A stretch of 60,363 bases of DNA, counting the filler, from Sphacelaria rigidula (taxonomy: Eukaryota), in the NCBI GenBank assembly GCA_964200075.2. It is 6 parts of 6 records of this genome, joined end to end, with 100 filler letters (N's around TTAATTAATTAA, not from the genome) between each part and the next. Parts side by side here need not be neighbours in the genome. Positions count along the whole stretch, not along the records: positions 20,157 to 30,133 come from CAXNAA020007375.1; positions 30,234 to 40,210 come from CAXNAA020007376.1; 4 more parts are not named here. The stretch is one strand, 5' to 3'. This document shows, one piece after another, positions 23,951-37,830 of the stretch. Made by a program: the position numbers and the translations under genes. Position 1 is the first letter of the stretch. Each line of letters starts with the position of its first letter. The notes beneath the pieces were generated by a model, which was given only the letters and a program-made list of their open reading frames with translations, had not been told where the DNA came from and searched no databases.

Positions 23951-24654
23951 CATGCGACTTGAAATGCTGTCGTAGTCGTAGGTGAGATGCGCTGCTGGGG
24001 GGCCGTCGCTCTCGTCGCTGACGTGCGCTCTTCCAGGCTCAGTTTCTCGTCCTGTGCTTGGCTTTGCTGTCGAAGATCTTGTAAGTTTCTTGTTTTCTCC
24101 TACATAATTCCTGATAGGGTCTCCCTTGCCGCGTCTTGGTCGGCTTCTGGCATTGTTGCGATGATATTGTCTTCTTTATTTTCCCAGTCCAATTTCGATG
24201 TTTGAAGAAACCCTGTGGTTACCCTGTGGCAATGCGTGGCCCGATCGCTAGCGCACTAATTGACGAGAAGAGTGCGTACGAGGATACACTATTATCACAG
24301 ATTGGTGAAACGGTTCTGTACACAGACGGCCATCTTTTGCATGAGTGTTGTACTGCGTACTCGTGCATGAAGCCGAAGAGCGGGTAGGCAGTAAACAATC
24401 CTTCGAGTACAGTGTCATACCTTGGTACCCTCGGGTAACAGAATGCAGGACGCTATATCAGTACAGTACGTGATCATGTCGTGTGGTCGTACATGATGGC
24501 ACGGCCATACGAGTAAAGAAACCCAACAGCGCGCGAGCAGAGTTTAGAAGTTCACCTCTCGAGTACATCGACACTACTAAGGGATTACAATAGCAGTCGT
24601 TATAGTGATATATGTGGCAGCGCAGCGCAGCATATATATGATGATACTATCGTC

Positions 24655-24797
24655 TGCTGTGTAAATGTCTTGTTTCTTACCTTCTCCTGCGGGCTGTTTA
24701 GGTCACGAGTATGTGTGGTATGCTCCTTGCACTGAGACCACCGTTTCGAGAGATCGAGCTAATGTGACGGACATAGTGATAATCGATAATAATAATC
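24655..24797 (+). repeat. Non-LTR retroelement 3' end with (AAT)n tail
   Basis: Homologous to 10081-10250 (inverted). Confidence 0.65.
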
Positions 24798-25389
24798 GCC
24801 GCAAGGTACGGCGTCTCTCATTATCCGCTTTTCAGACCCCATGCGGAGTTGCTCCAGCAGCTGGGGCGGACAAGCGGCGCGCTCTGTGCTGACACGACAC
24901 TGTCTTCTTCTGCTGTTGCGAAAATATCAAACGCCGCGTACAATGCACGTACGTCACTTAAAAACAGTTCGGGGGGATTCGCGATATCGGAATGATTTCC
25001 CGCGTTTCTTCCCCCAAAATTGGGGGAATCCGTTCCGAGATCGTGACTCCCTCCTTCTTTTGCCCCCGATTTTGTCCATATCCGTGTCCATACAATATGT
25101 TCCCCGATTTTCTTCTTCACGGTGCTCGAAAAAATCGACATTCGTGCCTGTCATAAAAGTGGATCCTGGGGGTGGGGTGGGGAAAATATGTGGTGGGTGT
25201 CGTTTCCAATCGACTGTTCGATCCGCTCCTCTTGCTGAAGCCCAAAAGGATATGAACTCGTGCTTTCACATTCATCAATCTGTTCAACGTACCGGAGTAG
25301 ATATTCTCAACAAGTTTTCCGAAACGTCGAGAATACTTCCACAGCGCGAGCTGAACCGAGTACTTACCAGTACCCCATCCCGACTCCTC

Positions 25390-25805
25390 AAACCCGTGGA
25401 CCCAGACGTGGACCCCTTTCCACCAACAATATTTACTGAAATGAACCCGGCTTTGATGGTATCACACGAGTCTCGATTGAAAGTAACCTATGGTACTACC
25501 GTCAACCTTGCGAAACCGAGGCATCAACATCCTTTTTCAGTGAGGCAAGTCTTTCACTACAGTATTGAAGGAAAATGGTACGTTGATGAACCCAACGCGA
25601 ATACCGGCACTCCTGACCACACGCGAGCCCTCATGCTACTAACCCCCCTATTCCTACTTTCCGAACCCGTCGACACAGACATGGACCCCGTTTCCACCAA
25701 CATTTCATGAGATTAACACGCACTTGATGGTGATGTCACACGCGTCTAGATTTGAAGCGACCCACAATGCCACCGCCGAAGCTGCGAAACCGAGGCATCC
25801 CCTCC
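25390..25805 (+). repeat. Diverged direct duplication (~273-bp spacing, ~140 bp alignable)
   Basis: AACCCGT.GAC.CAGAC.TGGACCCC.TTTCCACCAACA...GCGAAACCGAGGCATC at ~25392 and ~25664. Confidence 0.7.
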
Positions 25806-26954
25806 TCGTTTCCCCTTTCTCGTTTCGTTTGGCAACTCCCTCGCTACTTACGCTACGCTCTGAAGATAATAGTGTGATGCGATAGGGGTGAAGCACCTTG
25901 TGAAGGGTGTAATGGTGTTCACCACGATTGTTCCAGGTTCAGACCTCAGTGTACGTTGTTTGTTTACTCGGCTCAGCAGCGCGGGCTGACCAGAGTCGCT
26001 CTCATGTAGATCACACAAAGAGACAACGAGCAATTACAGACGAGTAGAACCGTTTTTGTTTCACACAATTGATTGTATACGAGCTTCATCTACAGCTTCA
26101 GCTACAGAACACAAATATAACACAAACCGAAACAGGCCTAAGTCTTGATCAATTCAACACACCAGACAAAACAGCAGCCCGCTACTGCTCTCATCTCTGG
26201 GACTCACTTTCTCGCGGTTTGTAGATACTCCAATCAATGGGGAACTGTTGAATCGCAGCCAAAACCGGAATGAGACGAGAGTGAGGCTCGTAGGGGCTGG
26301 TTATTCAAACGTGTTTTGCCGCCCCCTAAATCAACATAAACTGATGTCATACCATAAAATTCAAGAGACGGGCTCCTCAATTCATGCCATGGTTGGGGCA
26401 CTACCTTTCATTAATTCAAATACATGTTCCCCGTAGACGTCAATTCAAGTGGCAGCCAATTCTCCGCTATTTGAGTGTGAAAATGTCCATCATTCAATTT
26501 CACCTTTACCCAAGATCATGGCTACGTCCTGCAGTCACATCGTATCACACTAGCCTCCAATGGGTAAAGCAATCGCAATAAAACGCAATGAAACGAGGTT
26601 GCTTTACCCACACATTCCATTTCCCCACACCACAGAAAAAATAAAAAATGTAAAACAAGATACCACAATAAAAAGAAAATGTGAGACACGTTAAGGGGGG
26701 TGTACTGTGACGGGGACTTAGAGGGCGATACGATATATTGAAAATAAAGTAAAACCCGAAGGGTGTGAAAAACCCAAGAATCGACAATCCTCGAAAAATT
26801 AGCGCCTGAAGCTACGAAATATCCGGGAATCCAGGGCAACTCCGCCATAAAAAAGAAAAAGAAAAACTGAAGCAGCGAAAAAAACAAGCCGGTAGTCCAT
26901 CCGCTACAAAACCTTGATATAAAGCTTGATTGCTATCATGCGAAGGGAAAATCA

Positions 26955-27340
26955 TGTCTCAATAGACGTCCAGTTCCGCTATGAGAGTTTTTTCAAGCAG
27001 CCCGCCAAGGCGTTTCACAGTACCGGGGAAGCACAAACGATCGTACCCTTCTTTCATCAGTAGAAACCAACGGTGTTGATTGCTCAAGCGGGAGAAGAAA
27101 ATCGATGAGCGGAAGACGCCGGAAACCAAAATCAACATGCAGCCGTGAGGCAACATGATGCACCAACGTGACAGTGAAGGGCGGCCCATCGAATTGGAAA
27201 GGTGCCCGTATCGTCCCACAAAGCGTCAACGAATAACACACAACCGTAGAAGATAAATCCAAGGCGGGTAATCCGATGCGTTCGTGGTGAACCACGGCAA
27301 GTATACAGAAAGAGGGGCCGATGTGGTCCGCTCTCAGACA
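26955..27340 (-). repeat. Probable 3' LTR of the Gypsy element
   Basis: TGTCTGA...TGAGACA ends on the minus strand, preceded by a purine-rich GAACGGGTATG and lying downstream of pol. Confidence 0.55.
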
Positions 27341-28553
27341 CATACCCGTTCAGACGAGAAAATCGAGAGGGTGTGCATACAAGCGGAAGGATAAACTCCC
27401 GCCGAGCACATCAACGCGATAATTCGCCAGCAATAACCCTACAACAAAAACGAACCACCGTACGGATTTCCGAAGCAGCGGACCGGATGTACGATCTCGA
27501 GACTGCGAAACACAAAACGAATTTTTTATTTTGGGCGGACTGTTGTAGCAACGGAACTGAACATAATCCAAGAGAAAATGAATATCCCCGAACATGGGAC
27601 ACCTGATACAGCGAGCAATTACACAGGATCTGCGACGGCACTCAAGGAGAGGACTTGTTGGACATGCGACACATAACCCGGTCATCGAAAGCCAACGCGA
27701 GCCCAACGGTATTAAGCTGTCAAAAAAACAACAACACAAAACGAAGAAAAGAGTAGGGGGGGAACGAATAACAGGGTACGCCGAAAGAACCAGTCCGTTG
27801 AAGAGGTTGATGACGGACGTGGTTGGGCAATCGCACACACCGGGTATGTGCCCCGGAAAGGGGTTGGTACGGGACGTGCTGAAGATTACCAACGGTGTGC
27901 GTCGGCCGCCTCCGAATACAAACAAAAGGAACAACCAAAGACAAAAACAAGGAAAACAGGTGACCACGCAAGGGAGGAAGAAGGGGAAACAGGGCATAAC
28001 GAAAAAAGCAGAAAACAAACAAAAACAAAAAAACAAGGAAAATAGAACAAATGCTTCATACAGGAACAGGCATACGCGGCAACGGTTCACTACAGAACAC
28101 GGCTACTGGGTACTGCCGAGGGAAATGTGAGCAACCGGGCTACACGGGGTTCAAGGAAACGAGACCACGAGAGGACAAGGGGAAGCAGGGGGGAATTCTA
28201 AAACAAAATACGACGAGACCAGGGGGACGACGATTGGCGGTAGCGGAAAACGCAGACAACCGACTCACAACGGTACTTGAGAAAACGACACCAATGACAC
28301 GACAAAAACAGGGGGGGTTTAAAGAACGCCAGACAAAATCGGAAGGAACGCAATTCGCTATCAAGATTATTCCGTGTCCCACGCCGTATCAGGGTTGCGC
28401 AAGACAGCCGTGTCGATGTCCCCTTTGTCGTGTCGTTGTAGGCACCAAGATCCTCGGCGAGCGGTCGGCATCTCGGTGTAGTAGTCGTCCTGAAGACGGA
28501 TCTTGAGAGGACCCGGATCATCGAGGAAGAGGATGTAGTAGGAATCATCCGCC

Positions 28554-30112
28554 TCAGGATCTATCAACGTTTCTTCGAAAAAGAGCACCTTTCGGCAAAC
28601 GTTTCTTCGAAAAAGAGCGCAGGTATTGCGAACGAGAAATGAGACTATAGCCCGAAATGACAAATCGTGTCGAGTCTTCTCGGGCCAGTTCACGAGCTGC
28701 TGCGCCTTTTCGCATAGACCTATATCGTTTGTTCAACGGACGGTGTTGGACGACATCTCCGACCCAGTATAAATGTATCTTCCTTCTGAAATGACGCAAA
28801 TCCTCCTTCCGTTCCCACGTAACACGCATGAGGCCTTTCCAGTGAGTCTGATACGTAACCGCATTTTTACCGCCTCGACCTCGAACTAATTGATGGCCCG
28901 AGATGCGATCTACCACTACACGTTCACGATGACCGTCAGCGTCTTCAACCGTCATGTGGTACGGTGGGGTATTCGCCGCATACCTGCTGAGGACATACTG
29001 ACTGAGCCCCATAGGCAATTGCTTGGGCATATCACTAGTGTCGTGAGGGGGCAGACACGGCTTGCACCGAAGCATCCAGACCCGGGTTTTGGGTTTGACG
29101 CCAGGTTCATCCGTGGGGAAATCCAAATCCAAAAGCTTCTCACCTACTGGTTTATCGTCAGGTGCGGTATCACAGGGCCCAACTGCCAAAATCTTCCAAG
29201 GATCAGTATAATTCAAGCAAAGCTTTGGCTTCAACACCTTATCCGACGACGACTTAGCAGAGCTGGCACCTTGGGTTACAGTTCTCACATCGTTATACAC
29301 CCAGGCCCATTCACCTACTTTCCACACCGGACGGTTGTTCACTGCATCATCCAACACGCTGTTTGCCTTAGCTACCTTTGTTGCGTTGATCAAGTTCTGC
29401 TCCCGTACCACCTCATATGCAAGACGAAGACGATTACTAACAGACATATGATACTCCACAATATCCCGATCCAAGTTGTGATGACCACCAGGGGGTTTCC
29501 TGTCGAACACTGTCAATGGCAGCCTGGGCATACGACCAATATGAACGTCATTGGGAGCCAAGCCTGTGGCGGCATTGACGGAGTTGTTGTAGTTCATTTG
29601 GACAAGGGGTACGTGTAGGTCCCAGTCCGTTTGTCGCTCATTGGTCACTGTGGCAAGCATTTGCGCCATCGTGTGATTAACTCGTTCAGTCCCACCGTTT
29701 GTGGACGGATGGTATGAACTAGTAAAGATACGATGGGCACCCAGGATATTACTGATCGCGGCAGAAAGTTTGCCGGCAAAATGTTGGCTGTTATCGGATA
29801 ACAAACGTTTGGGGACACCCCACTGACGGATATATGTGTACACAAGGACGTTGGCAGTCCCTTCTGCACTATCGTTGGCCTCCGAAACAGCATTCATCAC
29901 AGCATGTCGACTGAACGGATCCGTAAATAACAAAATGTACTTGCTATCACTATTAGTGAGGGGCAGGGGGCCAAGTAGTCGCATGAAACTATTTCACCAG
30001 GCCCATTGGGAAGGGGCATAGAGATTACCGGCCATCTAACTGTTTGACGCGAAGTTTTGCGTGCCTGGCACAGAAGACACCGCCGAACCCACCAACGCAC
30101 ACATTGGTCCAT
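28554..30112 (-). mobile_element. Ty3/Gypsy integrase with chromodomain (frameshift near 29985; truncated by the contig end)
   Basis: RRCLLCQARK zinc part, GPLP, TDPFSR/SDN/GGTERVNHT DDE core, chromodomain-like VDRISGHQLVRGRGG..YQTHWKG...TWE. Confidence 0.93.
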
Positions 30113-30133
30113 ACAAATCCACCGAAAAAAACG

Positions 30134-30233
30134 NNNNNNNNNNNNNNNNNNNNNNNNNNNNNNNNNNNNNNNNNNNNTTAATTAATTAANNNNNNNNNNN
30201 NNNNNNNNNNNNNNNNNNNNNNNNNNNNNNNNN
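30134..30233. other. Artificial contig spacer 3
   Basis: 44N-TTAATTAATTAA-44N. Confidence 0.97.
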
Positions 30234-30269
30234 TCTTCTTATTTTTTTTTTTTTTTTTTTTGATGTGTC

Positions 30270-30352
30270 TGGTAAGGAATAGAAGGGACGGTATTGGAAA
30301 GGCGAGCCTACGTCTGTGACCACGGGTTCGCGATATTGGACTAATGTGCGGA

Positions 30353-30420
<68 letters not shown>
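30270..30420 (+). repeat. Retroelement-type 3' end with a long (TAA)n tail
   Basis: CCACGGG...CTAATGTGCGG followed by about 23 TAA units. Confidence 0.6.
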
Positions 30421-30422
<2 letters not shown>

Positions 30423-33400
30423 CAAATATGGTGCTGCGATGGGCCCGCTGTCCTGGATAGACACCAAACTGCATTCGGTTTTGCGAGCCCTAGGGAAACC
30501 CCAAGCATTCCCTGAAATCGAAACGTTGAGCACCTTTGTTGAAAGCGTGTGACAAAGCGTATGCATGGTTCTCCGGGTGGCTCAGGAGGTTTCGAGCGTC
30601 ATCGCGAACGCATACGCACAGTACAACGCGCACACATTCACAGACGGCCTGATTTCACTAGGATACAAAGTGCTCTGATCCCGTGTCTTTGGTTTCATAT
30701 TTGGCGAGCATCAATAATAAATAATATTAACAATGGTGTTTGCAGACAGATATATGAAGGCCGAAAAGCCAGGTCAAGCCATGGTTCGACTGAAAATTTG
30801 GAGCAAGGAGCGGAAACGAAGTTCGGGCTTCACAGGCTAAAACAGCTTCTTATTTTTTTTATGTGCGACAAGCTCCCCGGCCTCTTATGGTCGTCAAAGA
30901 ACCACATCGTCTCACAACACAGAAGATAAAACTATGCCTGCTAGCAACACGTTTTATAATCATCACTCTTGCATAAAAAATCGAAGCTCTGCCCACACAT
31001 TCCTGCACACCCTGGGTGATTATGACAAGAAGTCACATCGACAAAAAAGTGTACAGCGTACAGTATAGAGTCTAGTGTCCATTGCAATAATAGACGCTAT
31101 ATCCGAAACTGTACGCAGTACACGTTTTGACAATCTAATATATCGTTGGTGTTGTTGTTGTTGTTGATGGTGTTGTTGCTCCTGTTGTTGTCATTGCTTC
31201 CTTTCTTCTTTCCTTTCTGTGGCTATTGCTTCTGAATTTTTCTGTTTACTTGCTTCTTTTCTTTTTCTTATCATGTTCTTTGTTTGCTGCTCCTGACCAC
31301 GGGCTGGATTGTTGCAATCGGCTAATGTGAGATAACCAATCAATCTATCAATCAATATTGTCATTATCCAGGGTGTGCACTCCTGTAGGCAAGAAACCCC
31401 AAGTCACGGTGGCACAACGACACATAGGTGGCACGAGGTTATCGGCACTCAAGATGAGGAAGCACCTTCAAAGGGCTATAGCGTCGGGGTTCAATAACTA
31501 TCATTCCGCAATTTTGCGGTTGCCGGCTGTTCGGAAATTTTCATTAAATCTGATGACAAATATGAGGCACATGGACTCGCCATTGGTATATTTGACGTAC
31601 CGTGGACATTAGTAAGGGCTTGTCGAAGATCGTGTGTGTGTATGTGTGTGTGTGCTGCGGAATGCTCACATATACAGTCAGAGGGATCACCAGACACAGG
31701 CGTTGCGCTTGGTTTGGCATGAATTGATATGAGTGCCGAATGAAATACGTTGAAAGCTGGAGGTTCGCGCCATGCTGGAGATGTGAAGGTGGACATGCAT
31801 GTAGTGTGTATCATGGAGATGATCCCTTCCCACCCCCCACCCTACCACAGCCACGAACACGGCAGGAAGATAGGATCGAAGGTGACATCATCAGATGGAG
31901 GGTTGAAAATGAAAAAGAGCTAGCTCGATACTTCAGTTGCCTCACAAGCGTAATGCGTGTTGTGCTGATGTACATCGTAAAGTGCTTGACATCGTTATGA
32001 ATTAAATCGTGAAAACGTTCTGCAGCACCATGACAAGTATGGTACAAGAACAATCACATGAATACATACAAGCGTAACCAGCAGCTACATAACCCCGTGA
32101 AATCCATTTCAATACACGGGGAAAATATAGTCAAAATAACTTCTGACACTAAATACACAACTACGGGGACGCTAGCAGGAAGCGGCGTTGTCGTTCACGA
32201 ATGAATAAACGTTCGTAAATGCCGCTGGCCAGGACAAGTGCATGATATATGGGCACTCATTGTTGGGAATAACCCGTAAAGCGATTTTGATGCGACATGA
32301 TGAACATGTACTCCTGGCCCAATGGTATGCACACAAGACACGGAACACATGACCTGAAAAGAGGCGAGTAAAAACGTCACTGTAAACCCGGTTAGAAGAT
32401 ACGTACTGTAGATAATAAATACGTGCAGGTTACCTGACAGCTTCACTATACTACAGTTTCAGAGGGTAACCGAACGGCCCTAGCTTGGGTTTCTTCAATG
32501 TACTGTAGATTCATGACCAGAATGCCATAAAGCTGAACGATTACACAAGTACGTGCATGGACTGTCGGTGCGGTACTGTATACTGCATTGGCTGTACTGT
32601 AGTATACTGTTGTGCTCACTGTAGGATACGGTGCTCACAGACATTCACACACGCGGTCTGATCAACAAGCACGAGGTCAAAGGTTGCACAGTAACTACCG
32701 TGATAAACTGTATAATTCCGGCGCCATTGTCGTAGTCGCATCGACTCCTACAGTAGTTCGCAAGCAAACTGGGCGAATTTTGTGATTGGGTAACTGTTTT
32801 CGCGATTTTGCGCGTGCCACCGCTCATCACAGTGAACGCTTGACCCCGAAGTTGCTCGAGAGATACTAACATCCGTTTCACATTCCGAGGATAAAATCAT
32901 TCCTGTGCTCAATCAATACTGAACGACTTACGAGATGACCGATTCTCGGAGGGTCCTGCGACTATACAGTCCCAGTCTCTGACTCTTCGATATTTGCGCT
33001 CGAATTGAAACAATCCCAACCATTCTCATAGACAAGAAAAGAATAAAACTCTGTCTCATCATTGCGTGGGAGCCGGTCAACTGCGGTTTTCCTCCAATGA
33101 CGGTCAATAACACCCTCCCGATAAACGACGTCTTTTCTCGGTATCACACCGACAACACCAACGCAAGGATTGTGTTTTGAGCACGACCTGTCTATTCTCC
33201 CAGTGTCAATCGACATGAGCACTTTCAAGGGTTCTAAGGGATATTACGCGAGAAAAAATTGAAATACCAAGTGAGTGATGCTACCATCGGGGGGGCGGGG
33301 CGGGGGCGTACTCATTTGCTGCTTGCCTCAGTCGTTGGACGATCGACCACGCCCTTTCGAGACGGAGCACCGTTCCTACTCCTGATAGAGATACCTCCAA

Positions 33401-35642
33401 CTTTCGGGTGCTCATTTGGGGAGGGGGGGGGGATGATTCAACAGGGGCTCAAAGGTGTGTCGGACTACCCAACTACTCGCGGTGCGTTTGTATTTGGGTG
33501 GAAACGGTGTCAAGTGGTACGATCGAGTGTGCCTCATTGGTGACAAGCGCGTTCAAACACACGTTGCTGCTTTCAACAACAATTCGATGCGGAAGAAATG
33601 ACCCAAATACCATCCCCCCTTATCGTAGCATCACTCCAACTACAAAACTCGCTCAGTTTGCATGCGGACTACTATGGTGCATGTGCTCTGTTTGCTCAGC
33701 GAGCTGCGTGTCGAAGCGGCTAAAAGACCTACCACTATGGAACCATCCGGCGAACCCTTTCAGGTTTGAAGAGTTGCCGAGTGCCCTGGGCTTGCGCAGC
33801 GCCGGGCCTGATTTGTGTCTCCACCGAGCAGCTGTGAGCCGAGAGCGCAATACAAAGTTTAAGTAATGTGATATCATTTTTTTTCAATGTTTGCTTCAAG
33901 TGCTCAGAAAACCAATCCGGTGATTTCTCACCTATCGAACGTGGGAACGTGTTGGTAACAGTTGGGGCGCACCACATGCCGTCTGTAGCGAGCACTTACA
34001 CACTGAAGTTGCCGCCCTAACTTGTAATGGATTTTGGGGAATGCATTTCCCTGTGGTACGGAGACGACGAGGGTACAAGCTAGGGAAAAATATTGTGCGT
34101 GACATATGGATATATCCCCTTATACATGGTCGAAGCGTTTCCGTGCCGTACATCAGGCCCCTATCTTGACAGTCGCGTAGTCTTCCCACCTCAACGAGTA
34201 AACTTTTGGCTTCATTCAGCTTTTGCGGTTGCGGGCGTCGTGTAAATTTCTCAATGAGCGTTTGGGCCCTTTGGATCGGCTGCGGTATGCCAGCTTCAGG
34301 TTGTTAACCCTCGGACGGCGAGAGCAGGTCATCTGTTGAATCGACCTCAAGTTCCCTTGAAAAACATACGCACGATCCAGATGGACCACCCTCGCGATCT
34401 AAGGGTTAAGGGCCCAAATACCGCAGTCACTCAATCGTCGAGTTAGCACGGTTATTCTTACCTTCCCCATTACTTATTGGCGTTTCTCGTTGGTATGCCG
34501 TATGGCTAGGATTGCTCGATCGATTGATTGTCACATATTGACTCGTACACTAATATACGACTTTAGCAGCGGTCACAAAGTAGAGAGAGCGATGGCATGC
34601 CCGAAAACAAAAGTGACCGGAGAATTCTGGGGGCTACGAGATGAATTTCAACATTAGCATCAGATGACGAAGATATCTACGAGGATATCCGATCCTCAAA
34701 TCAAGCTGTGTTCACCACGGAAGACCTGAGCTGCGCCCAACACAATGTTTACATGGTGTTAGGCGCACCGGCATCATTCACTGGATACGGTTGTGAAGAA
34801 AATGACACAAGGAACAAGGAAACCTGCTGGAGTTTGGTCGCTGGCCGCTCGGTCTCTCGCCCTCCGTCGGTGTGATTGGTTTAGCATCAGCCGGGAAAAA
34901 TAGGAATAGAGACGGAGAGAACAACCTTCAGAAGGCTCTCCGTGCCTCAGGGGCTATTGTAGGCAAGGGGGAATGAAGGAAGTGATTTGTCTACGGTATG
35001 GAGGTCAAAGACTCGCAAAATCGGGTCGCCGCCACGAAGAGCATGGGCAGATGACACTTGGGGGTCGGGGAAGGAGCGGGGGACTTGAAGGAGGCGTAGC
35101 GACGCGAGGACCTACGCTAGTGCCACCTACTACATGGTGCGTCACAAGCAAGAAGCTGTTGCGCTGAGAATCGTCAACAACGGGAGAGTTCTCATCACTG
35201 GAATGATCACAGCGGCAACAGGTCGCGAGGTATCCCAGACAAAAATGATCAAAGGCCCCGCTTTGACCCTGACTAGGGTGAGCAGGGGAGACTGCGGGAG
35301 CACGGAACCTGATACCCCCCCCCGTCTTGTCCTATTGGCTATTGACTTCTTTCCTCGGCTCGTAACTGCAGCGATATCCCCAAGCTGTACTTCTGCTTGT
35401 CTTCTGCCTTGTCTTTGGGTTCCTTTTCTTCGTTGCTTTCCCGTTTTCCGGTTTGCTTTCGCCCTTTCTCCCTCTCCTTATTCTTGCCCCCTTCCTTATT
35501 CTCTCTGCTTTAGTTTCTGTTTCTGTTCTGTTGTTGCTGTTCACCTTCACTGCAGACCGATACAGGGAAGCATTCTGTCTTTCTTATTATTGTGACCAGA
35601 AAAGGTTAACTTTGGTCAAGTTTCACTGTTTTTTCTCCGCAG

Positions 35643-35750
35643 GCAACCAACGCGTCTACATCCAGACGCTGATAGACATGCATTTCCGGAAACCGTCTAC
35701 CGCCGCACAGCTGTCCGCCCTTCTCTCAACCCACCAGCGCAATGTCAACG
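35643..35750 (+). CDS. Candidate orphan exon (NQRVYIQTLIDMHFRKPSTAAQLSALLSTHQRNVN)
   Basis: Strong ttttttctccgcag acceptor, 108 nt open, weak G|gttgtg donor; no homology recognised. Confidence 0.25.
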
Positions 35751-37129
35751 GTTGTGGACACGGTTTTTTTGTTGGGCTTCTGCGTTAAAAAATATTGGAG
35801 TGGGGCGAAAATGCTTCACAAGAGATCTTGAGATGCCAACTGTACAACTCTTCCCCACCTTCCCCATCAGCCACATACAATGAGCAACCCAGCTGCTTCC
35901 ACGACACTTACGACGAAACGTATTGTGTTATCGTACTTGGCAAGCGCTACAATACCGCAGTAGAGCGCTGGTTCTTACTGTTAGTACTAGTGGTATACCA
36001 TTTGCTGTGCGTGCTCCTAAAGACGATTTGAGAGGATGACTGGCACCTTATCTCAATCTCACCACCAGCTCAACGGTGCTGCCTGTGACCAACTGCTCGC
36101 CACACTGTTTTTTAATCAAACCTTCATCTTTGCTGCGGTCATCCACACTAGTTCGAGATAACTTCGATTTTTTGCAACGATACAGACAGCATAGGTAAAG
36201 AGTAGAGTACAGTCGATAGAAGGGAAGCTTAGGTCCTGAACAATCAAACAGCTGCTCTCACACCAAGCGTGGCGATGGTAGCTGGCCAACGGCGACCCTT
36301 CGGGTTACTGCACGAGAGCTGAGGGTTTCTGTCCCTATCGTTTGCTTCCCGAGCATGCAATGTCTGATTACCATATTTGTGTGTGTGGTGTTTCTCGCTT
36401 TGCCCCTCCACCTGACGAGCAGCACTCGTCCCCAGAAGCCACACAGCATCAGGGTATTTTGCTCGAGTCCAGAGCTGCGTGACATAATGTTAGCCAGGCA
36501 TACTCGGCAAGTACGCGCCGTTCAGTGATATATATATATATATTTAATGGATCCGGGACCTTCCTAATGATATATTGCCAGCGAGGACGGGTAAGAAACA
36601 AATAAGAAATGCAAATGCGATTATCGGTTTACCCGAACAGCGATATACAAAGACTCTGTTTCTCTCACTCAAAAATCGTCTCCAGCATATGGGTTAATCC
36701 CTTGACCGCCGGGGTGGGTGACTTGGGTCTCACCGTCACTATCCTGTTCGAAAACGACGCCGATTCAAAAATGACCGGTCCTTCCTGTCCGAGAGTAATA
36801 TGACGGCCACAATCAAGCCCTCTTGACTCAAAACATACCGAACATTGGGCTATTTGAGCATACATATTCAAACATTCTCCGCGATCGACCTGAACATGCT
36901 TGGGTTGTCAAGATGGCTGCAACACGCTGTTGCAAGACACGGAGTAGAGATAAAAACAGCGTGAATAGCACATGCACAAATGCGGAAAGAGACCGCTTAC
37001 TGATCGCCTTGAACTCTTGTAGTGTACTTAGCCGCTGGAGAAAATGGCTACACGCACGGGGCAGCAGCAGTACAGACAGGGCAGTACGGACAGCGTTGAC
37101 ATGCAGTGCAACACGTCAACACATGCTCG

Positions 37130-37830
37130 AGGTATATCAGCAGTACCCGGAAAGTCTCCACACTACGAGGCATAGACAGAAATAATGTTCAAAGGTGGCT
37201 GGAGTGTGGTACGTACCTCGATACCCTGGATTGCTCAGGGTAAATGGAGTACCCAGCACCCTATGGCATGCACAGGTATCGACCGTCGAAAGTAGGTAGT
37301 ATTCCAGGATACCCAGGATATGGCCCATTAAAAATATGTGGTGATCCGGATACTCAGGATATGGACAGCCAAAAATATTCAGTATTCAAGAGCACCCAGA
37401 ATGCTACTGTCGAAAGAACTGAGTAACATGGCGTACTCACTCCCGAGTCACCCGATGTGGTGCCCGGGAGTACTAGGCACAGGTCCTGAGTACTCGGGGT
37501 AATCAGAGTACCAATCGTCGAAAATACTCAGTATTGCGGGATACCTCCAGTACCCATCCCCCGAAGTACTAGGTGTTGTACACGGAGCACGGAGTATTCG
37601 TACTGAGTACCACGAGTACCCATGACACCGACCGCCCTAGACACTCAATACACCAGAGTACCCAGGATACCACCCGTTAAAAAAACTCAGTATTCTATAG
37701 TACTCAGGGTATGGAGTGCCGAAACCAACAGTATTTCAGAGTGCCCAGGTATCGACACCGTAAAACATCCAGCATTCCAGGGTGCAGACCCATCCGTACT
37801 GGAAGCTGCGTAGCACTCGGGTGCTCTCAA
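37130..37830. repeat. Array of CAGGGTATCGAC / TACTCAGTATT / GAGTACC motifs (family C)
   Basis: Dense scrambled short motifs, shared with 38800-39678, 44671-44931 and 45292-45532. Confidence 0.7.

Noticed and set aside
27350..28548. Overlapping Phe/Cys-rich or Lys/Arg-rich ORFs as an env-like gene
   Set aside because: Composition is explained by the T-rich strand bias of the Gypsy 3' region; no motif support.
32645..33228. Endogenous viral gene remnant
   Set aside because: Frames are broken and no viral hallmark motif is recognisable by eye.
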